Below, in pieces: positions 53,060 through 64,000 of a DNA stretch of 64,000 nt (the first letter of the stretch is position 1; each line of letters begins with the position of its first letter). This DNA comes from the human T2T-CHM13v2.0 reference genome, Homo sapiens. The translations under genes were made by a program, and so were the position numbers. The stretch lies in NCBI GenBank assembly GCA_009914755.4, contig CP086569.2, forward strand, positions 19,776,001 to 19,840,000, in the 5' to 3' direction. The notes under the pieces are model-generated. The model was not told the origin of the DNA. It made no database searches and was given only the letters and a program-made list of their open reading frames with translations.

Positions 53060-53348
53060 TTTTTTTTTAGATGGAGTCTCTCTCTGCCGCCAAGGCTGGA
53101 GTGCAGTGGCACGATCTCTGCTCACTGCAAGCTCCGCCTCCCAGGTTCACACCATTCTCCTGCCTGAGCCTCCCCAGTAGCTGGGACTACAGGTGACCAT
53201 CACCATGCCCGGCTAATTTTTTTGTATTTTCAGTAGAGGCAGGATTTCACCGTGTTAGCCAGATGGCCTTGATCTCCTGACTTCATGATCCTCCTGCCTC
53301 GGTCTCCAAAAGTACTGGGATTACAGGCATGAGCCACCGTACCCTGCC
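53059..53348 (-). mobile_element. Alu SINE (antisense)
   Basis: tttttttttagatggagtctctctctgccgccaaggctggagtgcagtggcacgatctctgctcactgcaagctccgcctcccaggttcacaccattctcctgcc...ggcatgagccaccgtaccctgcc. Confidence 0.9.
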
Positions 53349-55487
53349 ACCCCTTTGGATATTTTTCAGAGGAGCAAGGAACATGTGCCCTTTCCTGCTT
53401 TATCTAACAACTTAGCATAATGAGTAAATTCTCTGCTTTTGTTTTGTTTTGTTTTGTTTTTGACAACTGCCCAACTCCATTAGAACTCTGCTTGTGTTTC
53501 AGGGTTTGATATTGTTTTCTAAGGTATCCTTTGAGTTTGATGAGTCTCGAATTACTCTCCAAAGGATTCATGCTCCTTGTTTTCTTGTGAGTGCCAGAAA
53601 TAATATAAACCAGACAACATATATAATTCATGAGCACTGTTTCACCTCACAGTTATTTCTGGCTCCCAGTGTCTGTCTGTAAATAGTGTATTAAGAGCAA
53701 GCACTGTTTCCTTTTTTTCTTTATATTATGGTAGAATGATAAAAATAATGAACTGACTATTCAGCCTTAGAGGTTCTTGCCAGAATGTAATGTGTCTATA
53801 TCTAATACTTTTTAAAACAGGTGTGAAGAGGTTTTGTGGTTTGGCAGAGCGAATCCCAGCTCTATTTTTGTGTGTTTTCTTGTCTTTATTGAAATGGAAA
53901 GGGTGGATGTTTTGCACACCGCTCTGGAGGTGGCATTCTGCTTGTGTGGCAGTTGATTGAATAAGTTATTTCAAAGACCATCATGGCTTCCTCAGCATCT
54001 TCTATTATTGGATAATAACCACAGCTCCTACAAACTGCCACCACTAATGACCTGTTCTTTATGATAGCTTAGTTTGCACCACAGTGGAGGTATTTATTTT
54101 CCCCATTAGGAACTTCAGTGTTTAGCAGTAAAATTGGCAGGAAAACCATTGGTTGGCATACAAAGCCTGCAGGTTGCTATTCTAATGACTTTCTGTTCAA
54201 ATACACATTCCAATTGCAAGGAGAATGTGGAGATGCAGTACAGGCAAAGATGAACAGCCAAGGATCTGAAAGGCTGCCAGTGTTCCATATATTACATAAC
54301 ACAGCCTTCCCTACATGTTAGAGTCTACTCCCTCTGTTTCTGATGATGCATCTGACTCTTCATAAAACTCTTGTCATCCCAGAGTGAGACTCCGTCTCAA
54401 AAAAAAAAAAAAAAAAAAAAACACCTCTCATCATCCTGAGTTTGTTATATTGCTAAGGCATATTATGCATTTGAAGAGCTTTAATTTTGAGGTCTTCTCT
54501 GTTTCAGGTTTGAAGGAAATATTTCTTCCTGCCAGGTCCAAACAATTAAATCATAGTTTGTTGGACTGAACATAAGATTTCAGAGATGTGGTCTGACTCT
54601 GACTCACATGAGTCTCTTTTATTCAGAAGCATTTAATATCTGTACACTCTCGGGCACTAAGCCAAGCAACAAGGGAACATATAAATGAGTCCGAGTTATT
54701 TTACTGAAAAAGTTTTTAGATTACTGCTGAGTGAAAAACCATGTAAGTCCTCTTAAAAAAAAAAAAAAAAAAAAAAAACAAGGATAGAGCTAAATGAAAA
54801 ATAAATACTGGGTCCAAAGGGGTAGAAAGAGATCAGATATTTTGTCACATAGGCTGAGTTGGGAAGACTTTGAAGTAAGAGATAACATTTGAAGTGGGAC
54901 TTCAATAATTTTGAAGTTGGACCAGCACAAAAGGGAACTTTCTGGTAGTAATAATTTACAAAGCTACAGAAAAGGATTGGGTTCTTTAGGAGCCTGGAGG
55001 AAAACTGGAGTGATGGAACATCCCAGCATGAACATCAAGAAAAGCAAGAAAACTTAAGACCCTAATGTTGGTCAGGCAGCAGAACCTGTTGGCTTTTGTG
55101 TGTATAACATGTGACAGTGTTTCAACTTTCTCCTCCAGGCAGTAATGGGCTGGCCTGAGGAAGGGTGTGCTTGCAGCAGACAGGATGATTCAAATGCAGA
55201 GGTGATATTTTTTAGGGTGTGACACTCTTTAAGTATTGATGTCATCTTGATCAATTGCAATGGTAAAGAAAAAGAGGGAATCTAAATTAGGGAAACTATA
55301 AAACAAGAATCCATGGAATTTGGAGTCCAAATAAACATAAGTATGGAATGAGGACAGAGTCTCTGCTGAGGTTTTAGCTTGGACTCCAAAATGGGTTAAG
55401 AAAACTATTACAAATATAAATCTCTGAAGGAACAGACAGCTTTTGGGAAGAGGAGGGAGATACCTGTTGCTTTAGAAATGTTAATCA

Positions 55488-56031
55488 GACCCAATCCCAT
55501 TTTCAGGTATATATCGAAAGGAATATAAATCCTTCTGCCATAAAGATAATGTATACATATGTTCACTGCAGCATGATTCACAATAGCAAAAACATGTAAT
55601 CAAACTAGATGCCCATCAACAGTGAACTGGATAAAGAAAATGTGGTACGTATACACATATATACTACACAGCTATAAACAAAAGTGAGATCCTGTCCATC
55701 AGAGCAACATGTTTGGAGCTGGAGGCCATTATCCTAAGTGAAGTAACACAGGAACAGAAAACCAAACACTATATATTGTCACTTATACATTGAGTATAAC
55801 ATTGAGCTAAGCATTGAGTACATATGAATTCAAGAAGGAAACGAGAGACACTGTGGCCTATTTGAGGGTGGAGGAAGGGAGGAGCGAGAAAATGGAAAAT
55901 CTACCTATCTGGTACTATGCTTATTACATGGTTGACAAAATTATCTGTACCCTAGATCCCACAACGCATCTGTATAAAAAACCTGCACATGGACCACTGA
56001 ACCTAAATTAAAAGTACAAAAAAAAAAAAAA
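55488..56031 (+). mobile_element. L1 3'-end fragment (old subfamily) with poly(A)
   Basis: cccaatcccattttcaggtatatatcgaaaggaatataaatccttctgccataaagataatgtatacatatgttcactgcagcatgattcacaatagcaaaaacatg...gataaagaaaatgtggtacgtatacacat...aaaacctgcacatggaccactgaacctaaattaaaagtacaaaaaaaaaaaaaag. Confidence 0.8.
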
Positions 56032-56139
56032 GAAATGTTAATTTGAGACGGTTTTAATCATTTGAGTAGAGTTCAAATTTTGGTCTGGAACTCAAAGGAG
56101 AAAAGGCAGATGGGATCAGAGAAAGTGAATGCTGAGCTA

Positions 56140-56545
56140 ACTAGAGGGTTAGTTTCTCAGGGCTGCTGTAATAAATTGCAGTAAACAACTGAGGAGCTCC
56201 AAATCAAGGTGACTTTAGGGCCATGCTCCAGTGGAAGGCTCTAGGGGAGGATGCTTTTTTGCAACTTTCATTTTCTAGTGGCTCCTGGTGTTCCTTGGCA
56301 TGTGGCTCCATCAGTCCTATCTCTGTCTCCATTTTTCCATGTTCTTCTTTCTCTTGTCTCTGTGTCCTCCTCCCTCTCTCTCTCTCTCTTTTATCATGAA
56401 ACTAGTCATTGGATTTAGGGCCCATGAGTTTATACCAAGATCTTAATCAATTACATCTGCAAAGACCCTATTTCCAAATAGGGTCACATTCTGAAGCTTC
56501 CAGAGTACATGAAGTTTAGGAGTGCACTCTTCAATCCAGAATAGC
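56140..56545 (-). mobile_element. MaLR-type LTR copy (tentatively MLT1-like), antisense
   Basis: ctagagggttagtttctcagggctgctgtaataaattgcagtaaacaactgaggagctccaaatcaaggtgactttagggccatgctccagtggaaggctctaggggagg...cattggatttagggcccatgagtttataccaagatcttaatcaattacatctgcaaagaccctatttccaaatagggtcacattctgaagc. Confidence 0.55.
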
Positions 56546-57040
56546 TACAGACAGATGAAGCTGAAGTAATGAGGGCTGATAATGTTGACCAGAGACAAAA
56601 ATAGTGTTAATGAAGGACTGAGACACAAAAGATAGCCTAGAGAATATAATTGATGGGAAGACCAATGGAAGTAAACTTCAAAGAAGACAGAAGTCTCTCT
56701 CAAGTGCTAAGAGGAAACCAGGAGAGATTACAAACTCATGGCAATACAATTCTTTCAAATCCAATTAGGGTGAATTCTCAGAGGTTATTGCCTCAAGGAG
56801 GGGAAATAATAAATGAACACTTCAGAGTCCTACAGGACTGGAAAATAACTTGAGAGAAGCTCTGTTCATCAGTACATTTGCAGTGCTTTTAGAGTTGTCA
56901 GGGAAACCTCATCAATATCAGTCAAAGCAGCATTTATAAATTCGCCAACATGTCTCATCAAAAACAAGACAGACAGAAGGATGAATGCAGTCAAGTGTTG
57001 TTTTTTATTTCTTTAAATTTTGTTCAGATTTAAATGCAAT

Positions 57041-57145
57041 TTTTTTTTGAGACAGGGTCTTGCTCTGTTGCCTAGCCTGGATTGCACGGTGTGATCATAG
57101 TTGAATGCAGCCATGACTTCTTGGAGTCAAACAATCCTACCATGT
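57041..57145 (-). mobile_element. Partial Alu (antisense; about 100 bp, 3' part of the element)
   Basis: tttttttttgagacagggtcttgctctgttgcctagcctggattgcacggtgtgatcatagttgaatgcagccatgacttcttggagtcaaacaatcctacc. Confidence 0.55.
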
Positions 57146-57639
57146 CTGTTGGGAGCAAGCCCTCCAAAATCTGGCCATAAACTGCCCCGAAAACTGGCCA
57201 TAAACAAAATCTCTGCAGCACTGTAACATGTTCATAATGGCCCTAATGCCCACGCTAGAAGGTTGTGGGTTTACCGGAATGAGGGCAAGGAACACCTGGC
57301 CTGCCCAGGGCAGAAAACGTCTTAAAGGCATTCTTAAGCCACAAACAATAGCATGAGCGATCTGTGCCTTGAGGACATGCTCTTGTTGCAGTTAACTAGC
57401 CCAACCGATTCCTTTAATTTGGCCCATCCCTTTGTTTCCCATAAGGGATATTTTAGTTGATTTAATATCTATAGAAACAATGCTAATGACTGGTTTGCTG
57501 TTAATAAATATGTGGGTAAATCTCTGTTTAGGGCTTTCAGCTCTGAAGGCTGTGAGACCCCTGATTTCCCATTTCATACCTCTATATTTCTGTGTGTGTG
57601 TCTTTAATTCCTCTAGCGCCACTGGGTTAGGGTCTCCCC

Positions 57640-57844
57640 GACTGAGCTGGTCTCAGCAATGTCAGCCTCCAAAGTACCTGGAATTATAAGCACATACCAC
57701 CATGCCTAATATTTTCAAATTTTTTATAAAGATAGCATCTTGCTTTGGTATTCAGGCTGGTCTTGAACTCCTGAGTTCAAGCAATACTCTTGCCTCAGCC
57801 TCTTAAACTGTTGGGATTATAGGCATGAGCAGCCACACCCAGCC
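57640..57844 (-). mobile_element. Partial Alu (antisense; tail-side part missing)
   Basis: ..cagcctccaaagtacctggaattataagcacataccaccatgcctaatattttc...gatagcatcttgctttggtattcaggctggtcttgaactcctgagttcaagcaatactcttgcctcagcctcttaaactgttgggattataggcatgagcagccacacccagcc. Confidence 0.7.
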
Positions 57845-58606
57845 TTGAATGCATTCTTTAAATAAAGATGACTGGGTTGGTGTTAAGTGTGCAATCAAAG
57901 ATGTTTTATAACTAGCAGAAACTATTGCAGAAGAGTTAACTTCTGTTTCCTTATAAATAGTCATCTGGCAACACCTTAAATGTAAGTTCTGAGACTCTAC
58001 AAAATAACTGAAGTCAGCCTCCCTCACCACTTGCTTCAGAATATATTGGAGAATATATTTGCTCACCACTTGCTTCAGAATATATTGGAAAATATATTTG
58101 CAGAAAAGGAAAAAACGGAAAACAACAGCGATAATATTGTGCTTGGCTTCACTTGCCAACATGGGAAGAGTAACAATAACAACCCTTTGATTTTCTTCTT
58201 TAATTGAGGAGTAGGTTTATGGACCTATAAGTTCACACACCCAATTTAGATTACTCATGTTCTTGACAAGGCCAATTTTAGTAATTGAAATTATATGAAA
58301 TGTAGCTTTCAGTGTGTTGTTTCTACATTGGATCCATGTGTTTTTGAAGCAGGCAGCAATAGCAATTGCTATTACATTTGTTAAGTGGCAACTACAATTT
58401 CACAATACAATCTTCAGAATCCAAATTCCAAATGCATTTCATAAAGGCATTAGCCATGTTGCCCTATCTTTGTATTCAAACAATTTTATTTCATTATGTG
58501 AAGCTATTGTTGGATGTTATCATATTGTTTTATTTGGTACTGAGGAGACAAAACACTGATGAAACAGGAAACATTTAAATATGCTTTCAATTTATCTCTG
58601 TGTTTG

Positions 58607-58907
58607 CCCGACCCAGTGGCTCATTCCTTTAATCCCAGCACTTTGGGAGGCAGAGGCAGGTGATCACCTGAGGTGAGGAGTTTGAGAACAACCTGGCTAA
58701 CACAGTGAAACCCCATTTCTACTATAAATACAAAACTTTGCTGGGCCTGGTGGCGCATGCCTGTAATCCCAGCTACTTGGGAAGCTGAGGCATGAGAATC
58801 ACTTGAACCTAAGAGGCAGAAGCTGCAGTGACCCAAGATGACACCATCGCACTCCAGCCCAGGTGACAGAGGAGGCTCTGTAAAGTAAATAAATAAATAA
58901 TAAATTA
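58607..58907 (+). mobile_element. Alu SINE with (AAAT)n tail
   Basis: gcccgacccagtggctcattcctttaatcccagcactttgggaggcagaggcaggtgatcacctgaggtgaggagtttgagaacaacctggctaacacagtgaaacc...gtgacagaggaggctctgtaaagtaaataaataaataataaat. Confidence 0.9.
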
Positions 58908-59393
58908 CCTCTTTGTTACAAGAAATCTGCTGAAAGTAAGGTTAATGTAAAAAGTCTAAGATAAATGGCTGTTTCAACACAATATGAATGTGAACCAAAT
59001 TGCAAGAAGTGCCATCTTTCACCATGAGCAGGGCTGTCAACTCTGTTTAATAAGCATTAATAAATTCAATTTATATTATAATCTACTGAGAAGATACTAT
59101 TATGCCAGTGTTAAAGACAGTGGCACTTTAACTTAGAGTGTTTAAATAACTTTTCCAGGACAACTTAACTAGCAAGGGTACACTCCAGGTCTAGAAACTT
59201 TCCCTTTCTAACTCTGAACTCCATGTGTTTAACCACTCAACTATGTCACATACCTGGACAACCATAATGTCTAATTAGTTGCTAAACAAACTGCATTAGG
59301 AAACTGAGGGATAAAGACAGATTCTGTAGAAGCAGAAGTGAACCATGGTCAGAAGACAGCCACAATAAAACTGGATTGGAATATAAATATCTA

Positions 59394-59698
59394 GGCCAGA
59401 TGTGGTGACTCATGACTGTAATCCCAGCACATTGGCAGGCCGAGATGGGTGGATCACAAGGTCAGGAGCTCAAGACCATCCTGGCCAACATGGTGAAAGC
59501 CCGTCTCTACTAAAAATAAAAAAATTAGCCAGGTGTGGTGGTGGGTGCCTGTAATCCCAGGTACTCGGGAGGCTGAGGCAGAGAATTGCTTGAACCTTGG
59601 AGGCAGAGATTGCAGTGAGCCGAGATTGCACTACTGCACTCCAGCCTGGGTGACAGAATGAGACTCAGTCTCAAAAAAAAAAAAAAAATAATAATAAT
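59394..59698 (+). mobile_element. Alu SINE (AluY-like)
   Basis: ggccagatgtggtgactcatgactgtaatcccagcacattggcaggccgagatgggtggatcacaaggtcaggagctcaagaccatcctggccaacatggtgaaagcccgtctctactaaaaataaaaaaattagccaggtgtggtggtgggtgcctgtaatcccaggtactcgggaggctgaggcagagaattgcttgaaccttggaggcagagattgcagtgagccgagattgcactactgcactccagcctgggtgacagaatgagactcagtctcaaaaaaaaaaaaaaa. Confidence 0.95.
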
Positions 59699-60061
59699 AT
59701 AAATATCTCTGTTGCTGCATTTCATTTGTGTTGGGAAGGTCTCATAACCAGGTATAATTTTCCATATGCTTATCCATGTCTTAAGTGGTTTAGAAATTCA
59801 GAATGTTTTTCCTCACACTGACAATTTTAATGAAATTATATATGTCTTCAAAAGTTATTTCAGAAAATGGAGAAGAAACACTCAGAGACTTATTTTATGT
59901 CAATGTAATTTTAATATGAACTCCTGACAAAAATTCTACAAAGAGTAAATTATAGCATGATAATTTCTTACTAGAGTGGATACAAAAAATACTAAAGATA
60001 AAATCTCCACATACAGTAAGAATAAAAAAATTATTTATTTATGTATTTATGTATTTATTTA

Positions 60062-60349
60062 TTTTTTATGGACAGAATCTCACTCTGTTGCCTAAGCCAG
60101 AGTGCAGTGACGTGATCATAGCTCACTGTAGCTTTCAACTCCTGGGCTCAAGCAGTCCTCCAGCCTCAGCCTCCTGAGTGGCTGGGACTACAGGCATACA
60201 CCACCACACCCAGCAAATTTTTTAAATTTTTGTAGAGTCAGGGTCTCACCATATTGCCCAGGCTGGTCTTAAACTCCTAGGCTCAAGTTATTCTCCTGCC
60301 ACAACCTCCCGAAGTATTGGAATTACAGGTGTGAGCCCATAATCTGGCC
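60062..60349 (-). mobile_element. Alu SINE (antisense), preceded by (ATTT)/(TTTA)n 60020-60065
   Basis: tttttatggacagaatctcactctgttgcctaagccagagtgcagtgacgtgatcatagctcactgtagc...ggaattacaggtgtgagcccataatctggcc. Confidence 0.9.
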
Positions 60350-60794
60350 TGGAATTTCTTGATTTTGATCAGTGACATCTAATATAAAAACATACAGCTA
60401 ACATTCTGCTTTATAGTGAAATATGGAACACTGTCTTTTTTGAGATTGGGAGCTAAGCATTGATATGCACTATCACCTCATTTCCTCAAGATTGTACTGG
60501 AAGTCCCAGCCACTGCAGTGTTCCAAGAAAGACAGATATATTTCATATAGATTTTAAAACAATGAGTGAAATTGTCTATATCCAAAGACAATATGCTTTT
60601 CAAATGCAGAAATTCCTAATGAACATTCAAATCAATAGTAGAACCATTAAATGAACTTTGCAAGGTTGCAATTTACAAAGGTGATATAAATAAATCAATT
60701 TTTCTACATACTAGCAGCTAGCCATTATAAATAAAACTAAAAAATTCATTCCTTTTAGTATAAAAACAAACAGTAAATGTTTAGAATTTTTTTC

Positions 60795-61100
<306 letters not shown>

Positions 61101-61191
61101 AGAATATTTAAAAGAAAAAAAAATTATCCAAGATCTCACCACTGAAATCCACATAGCACGATTTTAAGAAAAGAAGAACGCTGAATTAAAA

Positions 61192-61530
61192 AGGATGAGT
61201 TCATGTCCTTTACAGTGACATGGATGAAGCTGGAGATCATCATTCTAAGTAAACTATCACAAGGACAGAAAACCAAACACCGCATATTCTCACTCATAGG
61301 TGGGAGCTGAACAATGAGAACACATGGTCACAGGGCGAGGAACATCACACACCAGGGCCTGTTGGGAGGTGGGGAGCTAGGGAGGGATAGCATTAGGAGA
61401 AATACCTAATGTAAATGACGAGTTGATGAGTGCAGCAGACCAACATGGCACATGTATACCTATGTAACAAACCTGCACGTTGTGCACATGTACCCTTTAA
61501 CTTAAAGTATAATAATAAAAAAAAGAAAAT
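61192..61530 (+). mobile_element. L1 3'-terminal fragment (L1PA-like, about 340 bp) with A-rich tail
   Basis: ggatgagttcatgtcctttacagtgacatggatgaagctggagatcatcattctaagtaaactatcacaaggacagaaaaccaaacaccgcatattctcactcataggtgggagctgaacaatgagaacacatggtcacagggcgaggaacatcacacaccagggcctgttgggaggtggggagctagggagggatagcattaggagaaatacctaatgtaaatgacgagttgatgagtgcagcagaccaacatggcacatgtatacctatgtaacaaacctgcacgttgtgcacatgtaccctttaacttaaagtataataataaaaaaaag. Confidence 0.9.
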
Positions 61531-62021
61531 AAGAAGACTGAGATAAATTGGAATATATACCACGTGCATGGATTAAACGACTTAATGTTGTTAAATACAA
61601 AACCTTCTCAAATTGGTTGATATATTTAATGCAAATTTTCTCATTATACTGATAGGATTTTTAAGCAGAAATGGAGAAGTGTTATCTAAGTATTATCTGG
61701 AAATGTGAAGGACCAAGAAGAGACACATGATATTGAAAAAGAACTGTATATACAGGAGGTTGTGTAATCCCAGAATTTACTGTAAACATCAGGAATTCAG
61801 AGGTCCTGTTATTATTATACATAGAGGCAAATTAGCAATGCATAAAGAGGACATACACTGACCCTCATTTATATAGCATGTTGCTTTTTGGCAAGAATGC
61901 TAAAGGAATTAAATGGGAAAAGAAAGTCTAATAAATAGAGATAAAATAACTCAGTATTCACATAAAACATGGAGTTCTAAAACTTAGAACTATTTTTTAA
62001 GAAACCTATAAAAATTAGTAA

Positions 62022-62322
<301 letters not shown>

Positions 62323-63231
62323 GAGCACAGTTTTTTAGAGGAATCAATCTCAAATTACCTATGTGTGTTCATTATTCACATACATACATATATATGGCAT
62401 AGGTGTATAATTATATATGTCAATGTATAACCCTACCTCCCAATATTTTTCTTGGAAAATTCCTTTGAATTAGACTTACAAGGTCTTCAAAAATGACATG
62501 CAAGCCTTCATAATTAGTTATTTATTGCAAATTGTTATAGGTAAAATATGAGTTATGGTTTCACATTTGTGTACAATATACACAACAGCTAAAGGAACAT
62601 AGATGCTGTTAGATTTAGTAGATAATTTCAGTGACAAGAGGCCAAACCCAACTTATTTTTGCCCTTTTCAGGTATATTTCTTCCTATAACTAATAAGTTG
62701 TTTTAGATCATCTCTGAAATTGTTGCTTTTGTACATGAGGCATTCTATTATTCCATTACTCTGTTTTTCCCCATTTTTTTGGTTTCAAAATTAGAATGAT
62801 GCTTTCTAAAAATAGCAAGTTTTGTGAGATTGATCATTTTATCTTCCTGATGCTTCTCTCTTCCTCTCATTTTTCATTCTTGACCCTACCCAGGCATTCA
62901 TAGACTAAGACTCATTTTCAAAGTAAACAAAGCTCAATATTTTTCACTGTAGTCCAAAAGGGAATGCTGTTTATTGAGAAATGCAAAGATGATTTTGAAG
63001 AGCTATTTTGTAATCCCCTCCCCTCAACATTATGATTATTGATTTACAGCTTAGTGATGAAATCCCATGAGAACCAATGAATAAAAATAATATTTGAAGC
63101 ATAAAACAGTGCCAGCTTTGAAAACCTACATCACACATATCAAAATGATCTAACCTTGTAAGTCAGCATACTAACATCATCATATACAAGCAGAAAGTCT
63201 TGTTGCTTTTAATTTTTTTAAATTTATTTTA

Positions 63232-63350
63232 AAGTCAGGGTCTCACTATGTTGTGCAGGCTAGTCTTGAATTCCTGGGCTCAAGTATTCCTTCAGCCTCA
63301 GCCTCCCTGCTGTGTAGCTGGGACTAAACATGCGTGCCACCAAGCCTGGA
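63232..63350 (-). mobile_element. Alu-monomer-like fragment (antisense, about 120 bp)
   Basis: gtcagggtctcactatgttgtgcaggctagtcttgaattcctgggctcaagtattccttcagcctcagcctccctgctgtgtagctgggactaaacatgcgtgccaccaagcctgg. Confidence 0.5.
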
Positions 63351-64000
63351 AAAAAGAAAAAAAAAAGAGAAAAAGAAAAATACACTAAGCTTCAAAAATA
63401 CTTTGGGTTTTTAATGTTCTCCTGCCATATAAGTTTTCATAGCTCAAGGGACTGTTTTGAGTTGTAGCATCTGTCTCAGTGTGGAGTTACTCCTTCAATA
63501 TAATAAAAACTAAGAGAATTTTCATCTCTATCTAAGGGTGCTATATATCTTAGCGATAGCACTGAGTTGTGATAACTTTTAAAAAGCTTATAAAATGATA
63601 TTTAAATAATTTTAAAAATGCAGCACAAAGAATAAATCAATGATTTTACAGAAATAAATGGTAATAGGAATGAATACACAATTATCCATGACATTTTAAA
63701 ATTAAGCTTTTTCTTCAAGATCTGGCAGGGGAAAAATAAAGGTTAGAAAGTAATGAGCTATATGTGAACATGACAAGAACAATTTTCAGTTGTACTCATT
63801 TGTCACCTGTCATTTAAGTTAAGCTGATATTTTGCTCTTAATCATTCCTCTGAAACCTACCCCAATGTGTAGGTTTCTGTCCCAGACTCCATTTATGGGA
63901 TGTCTGCTTTAAATTTCTTTTCAGGATAAATGCTTATAAAAGCAAGCAGGATGATTCGCTCATAGCCAAATGGACAGTTCTATTTAAAACACAATCAAAA

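Overview
This window looks like primate (human-type) nuclear DNA, not a prokaryotic locus, and I can support no protein-coding gene, RNA gene or CRISPR array in it. It is AT-rich and gene-poor, and by my estimate about half of it is interspersed or simple repeats, so most of the content is nested transposable-element copies.

The repeat inventory that I can read directly from the sequence:
- **Alu elements:** more than 20 Alu SINEs on both strands.
- **Full-length L1:** one full-length young-primate L1 (L1PA-type) at about 24381-30440 with a 5'UTR but broken ORF1 and ORF2.
- **Other L1 copies:** several older L1 copies, including one with the textbook twin-priming inversion (40190-42160) and one old antisense L1 (about 12720-19100) that is itself interrupted by later insertions.
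- **LTRs:** a solo HERV9-type LTR (LTR12-like, 10500-11940) with an intact array of CCAAT boxes, and one THE1/MST-type MaLR LTR split by an Alu.
- **Other interspersed repeats:** six copies of a second MaLR-like LTR family (tentatively MLT1-like), one MADE1 mariner MITE, and two near-identical MIR-like fragments.
- **Simple and low-complexity repeats:** many microsatellites, including (TCTA)n, (GT)n, (GGAA)n, (TA)n(CA)n compounds and three long AT-rich TA/CA blocks.

Every long ORF in the supplied six-frame track is explained by L1 ORF remnants, GC-rich LTR sequence, or translation of microsatellites.

The items that seem most worth a second look:
- **Direct-repeat array (20400-20960):** a ~560-bp degenerate tandem array packed with nuclear-receptor half-sites, including two triple-DR1 motifs of the form GGTTCA-n-AGGTCA-n-AGTTCA.
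- **Solo LTR12:** a candidate cryptic NF-Y-driven promoter.
- **Near-palindrome (47582-47886):** a ~300-bp AT-rich near-palindrome bounded by 27-bp inverted repeats.
- **Twin-primed L1 (40190-42160):** the inverted-plus-sense insertion.
- **Local duplications:** several post-insertion events, namely a duplicated MIR-bearing 80-mer 1.6 kb apart, a 175-bp tandem array, an Alu-tail-plus-flank tandem duplication, and a 110-bp duplication inside L1.

All family names come from my memory of consensus sequences, not from a database search. Coordinates are approximate to about 10 bp.
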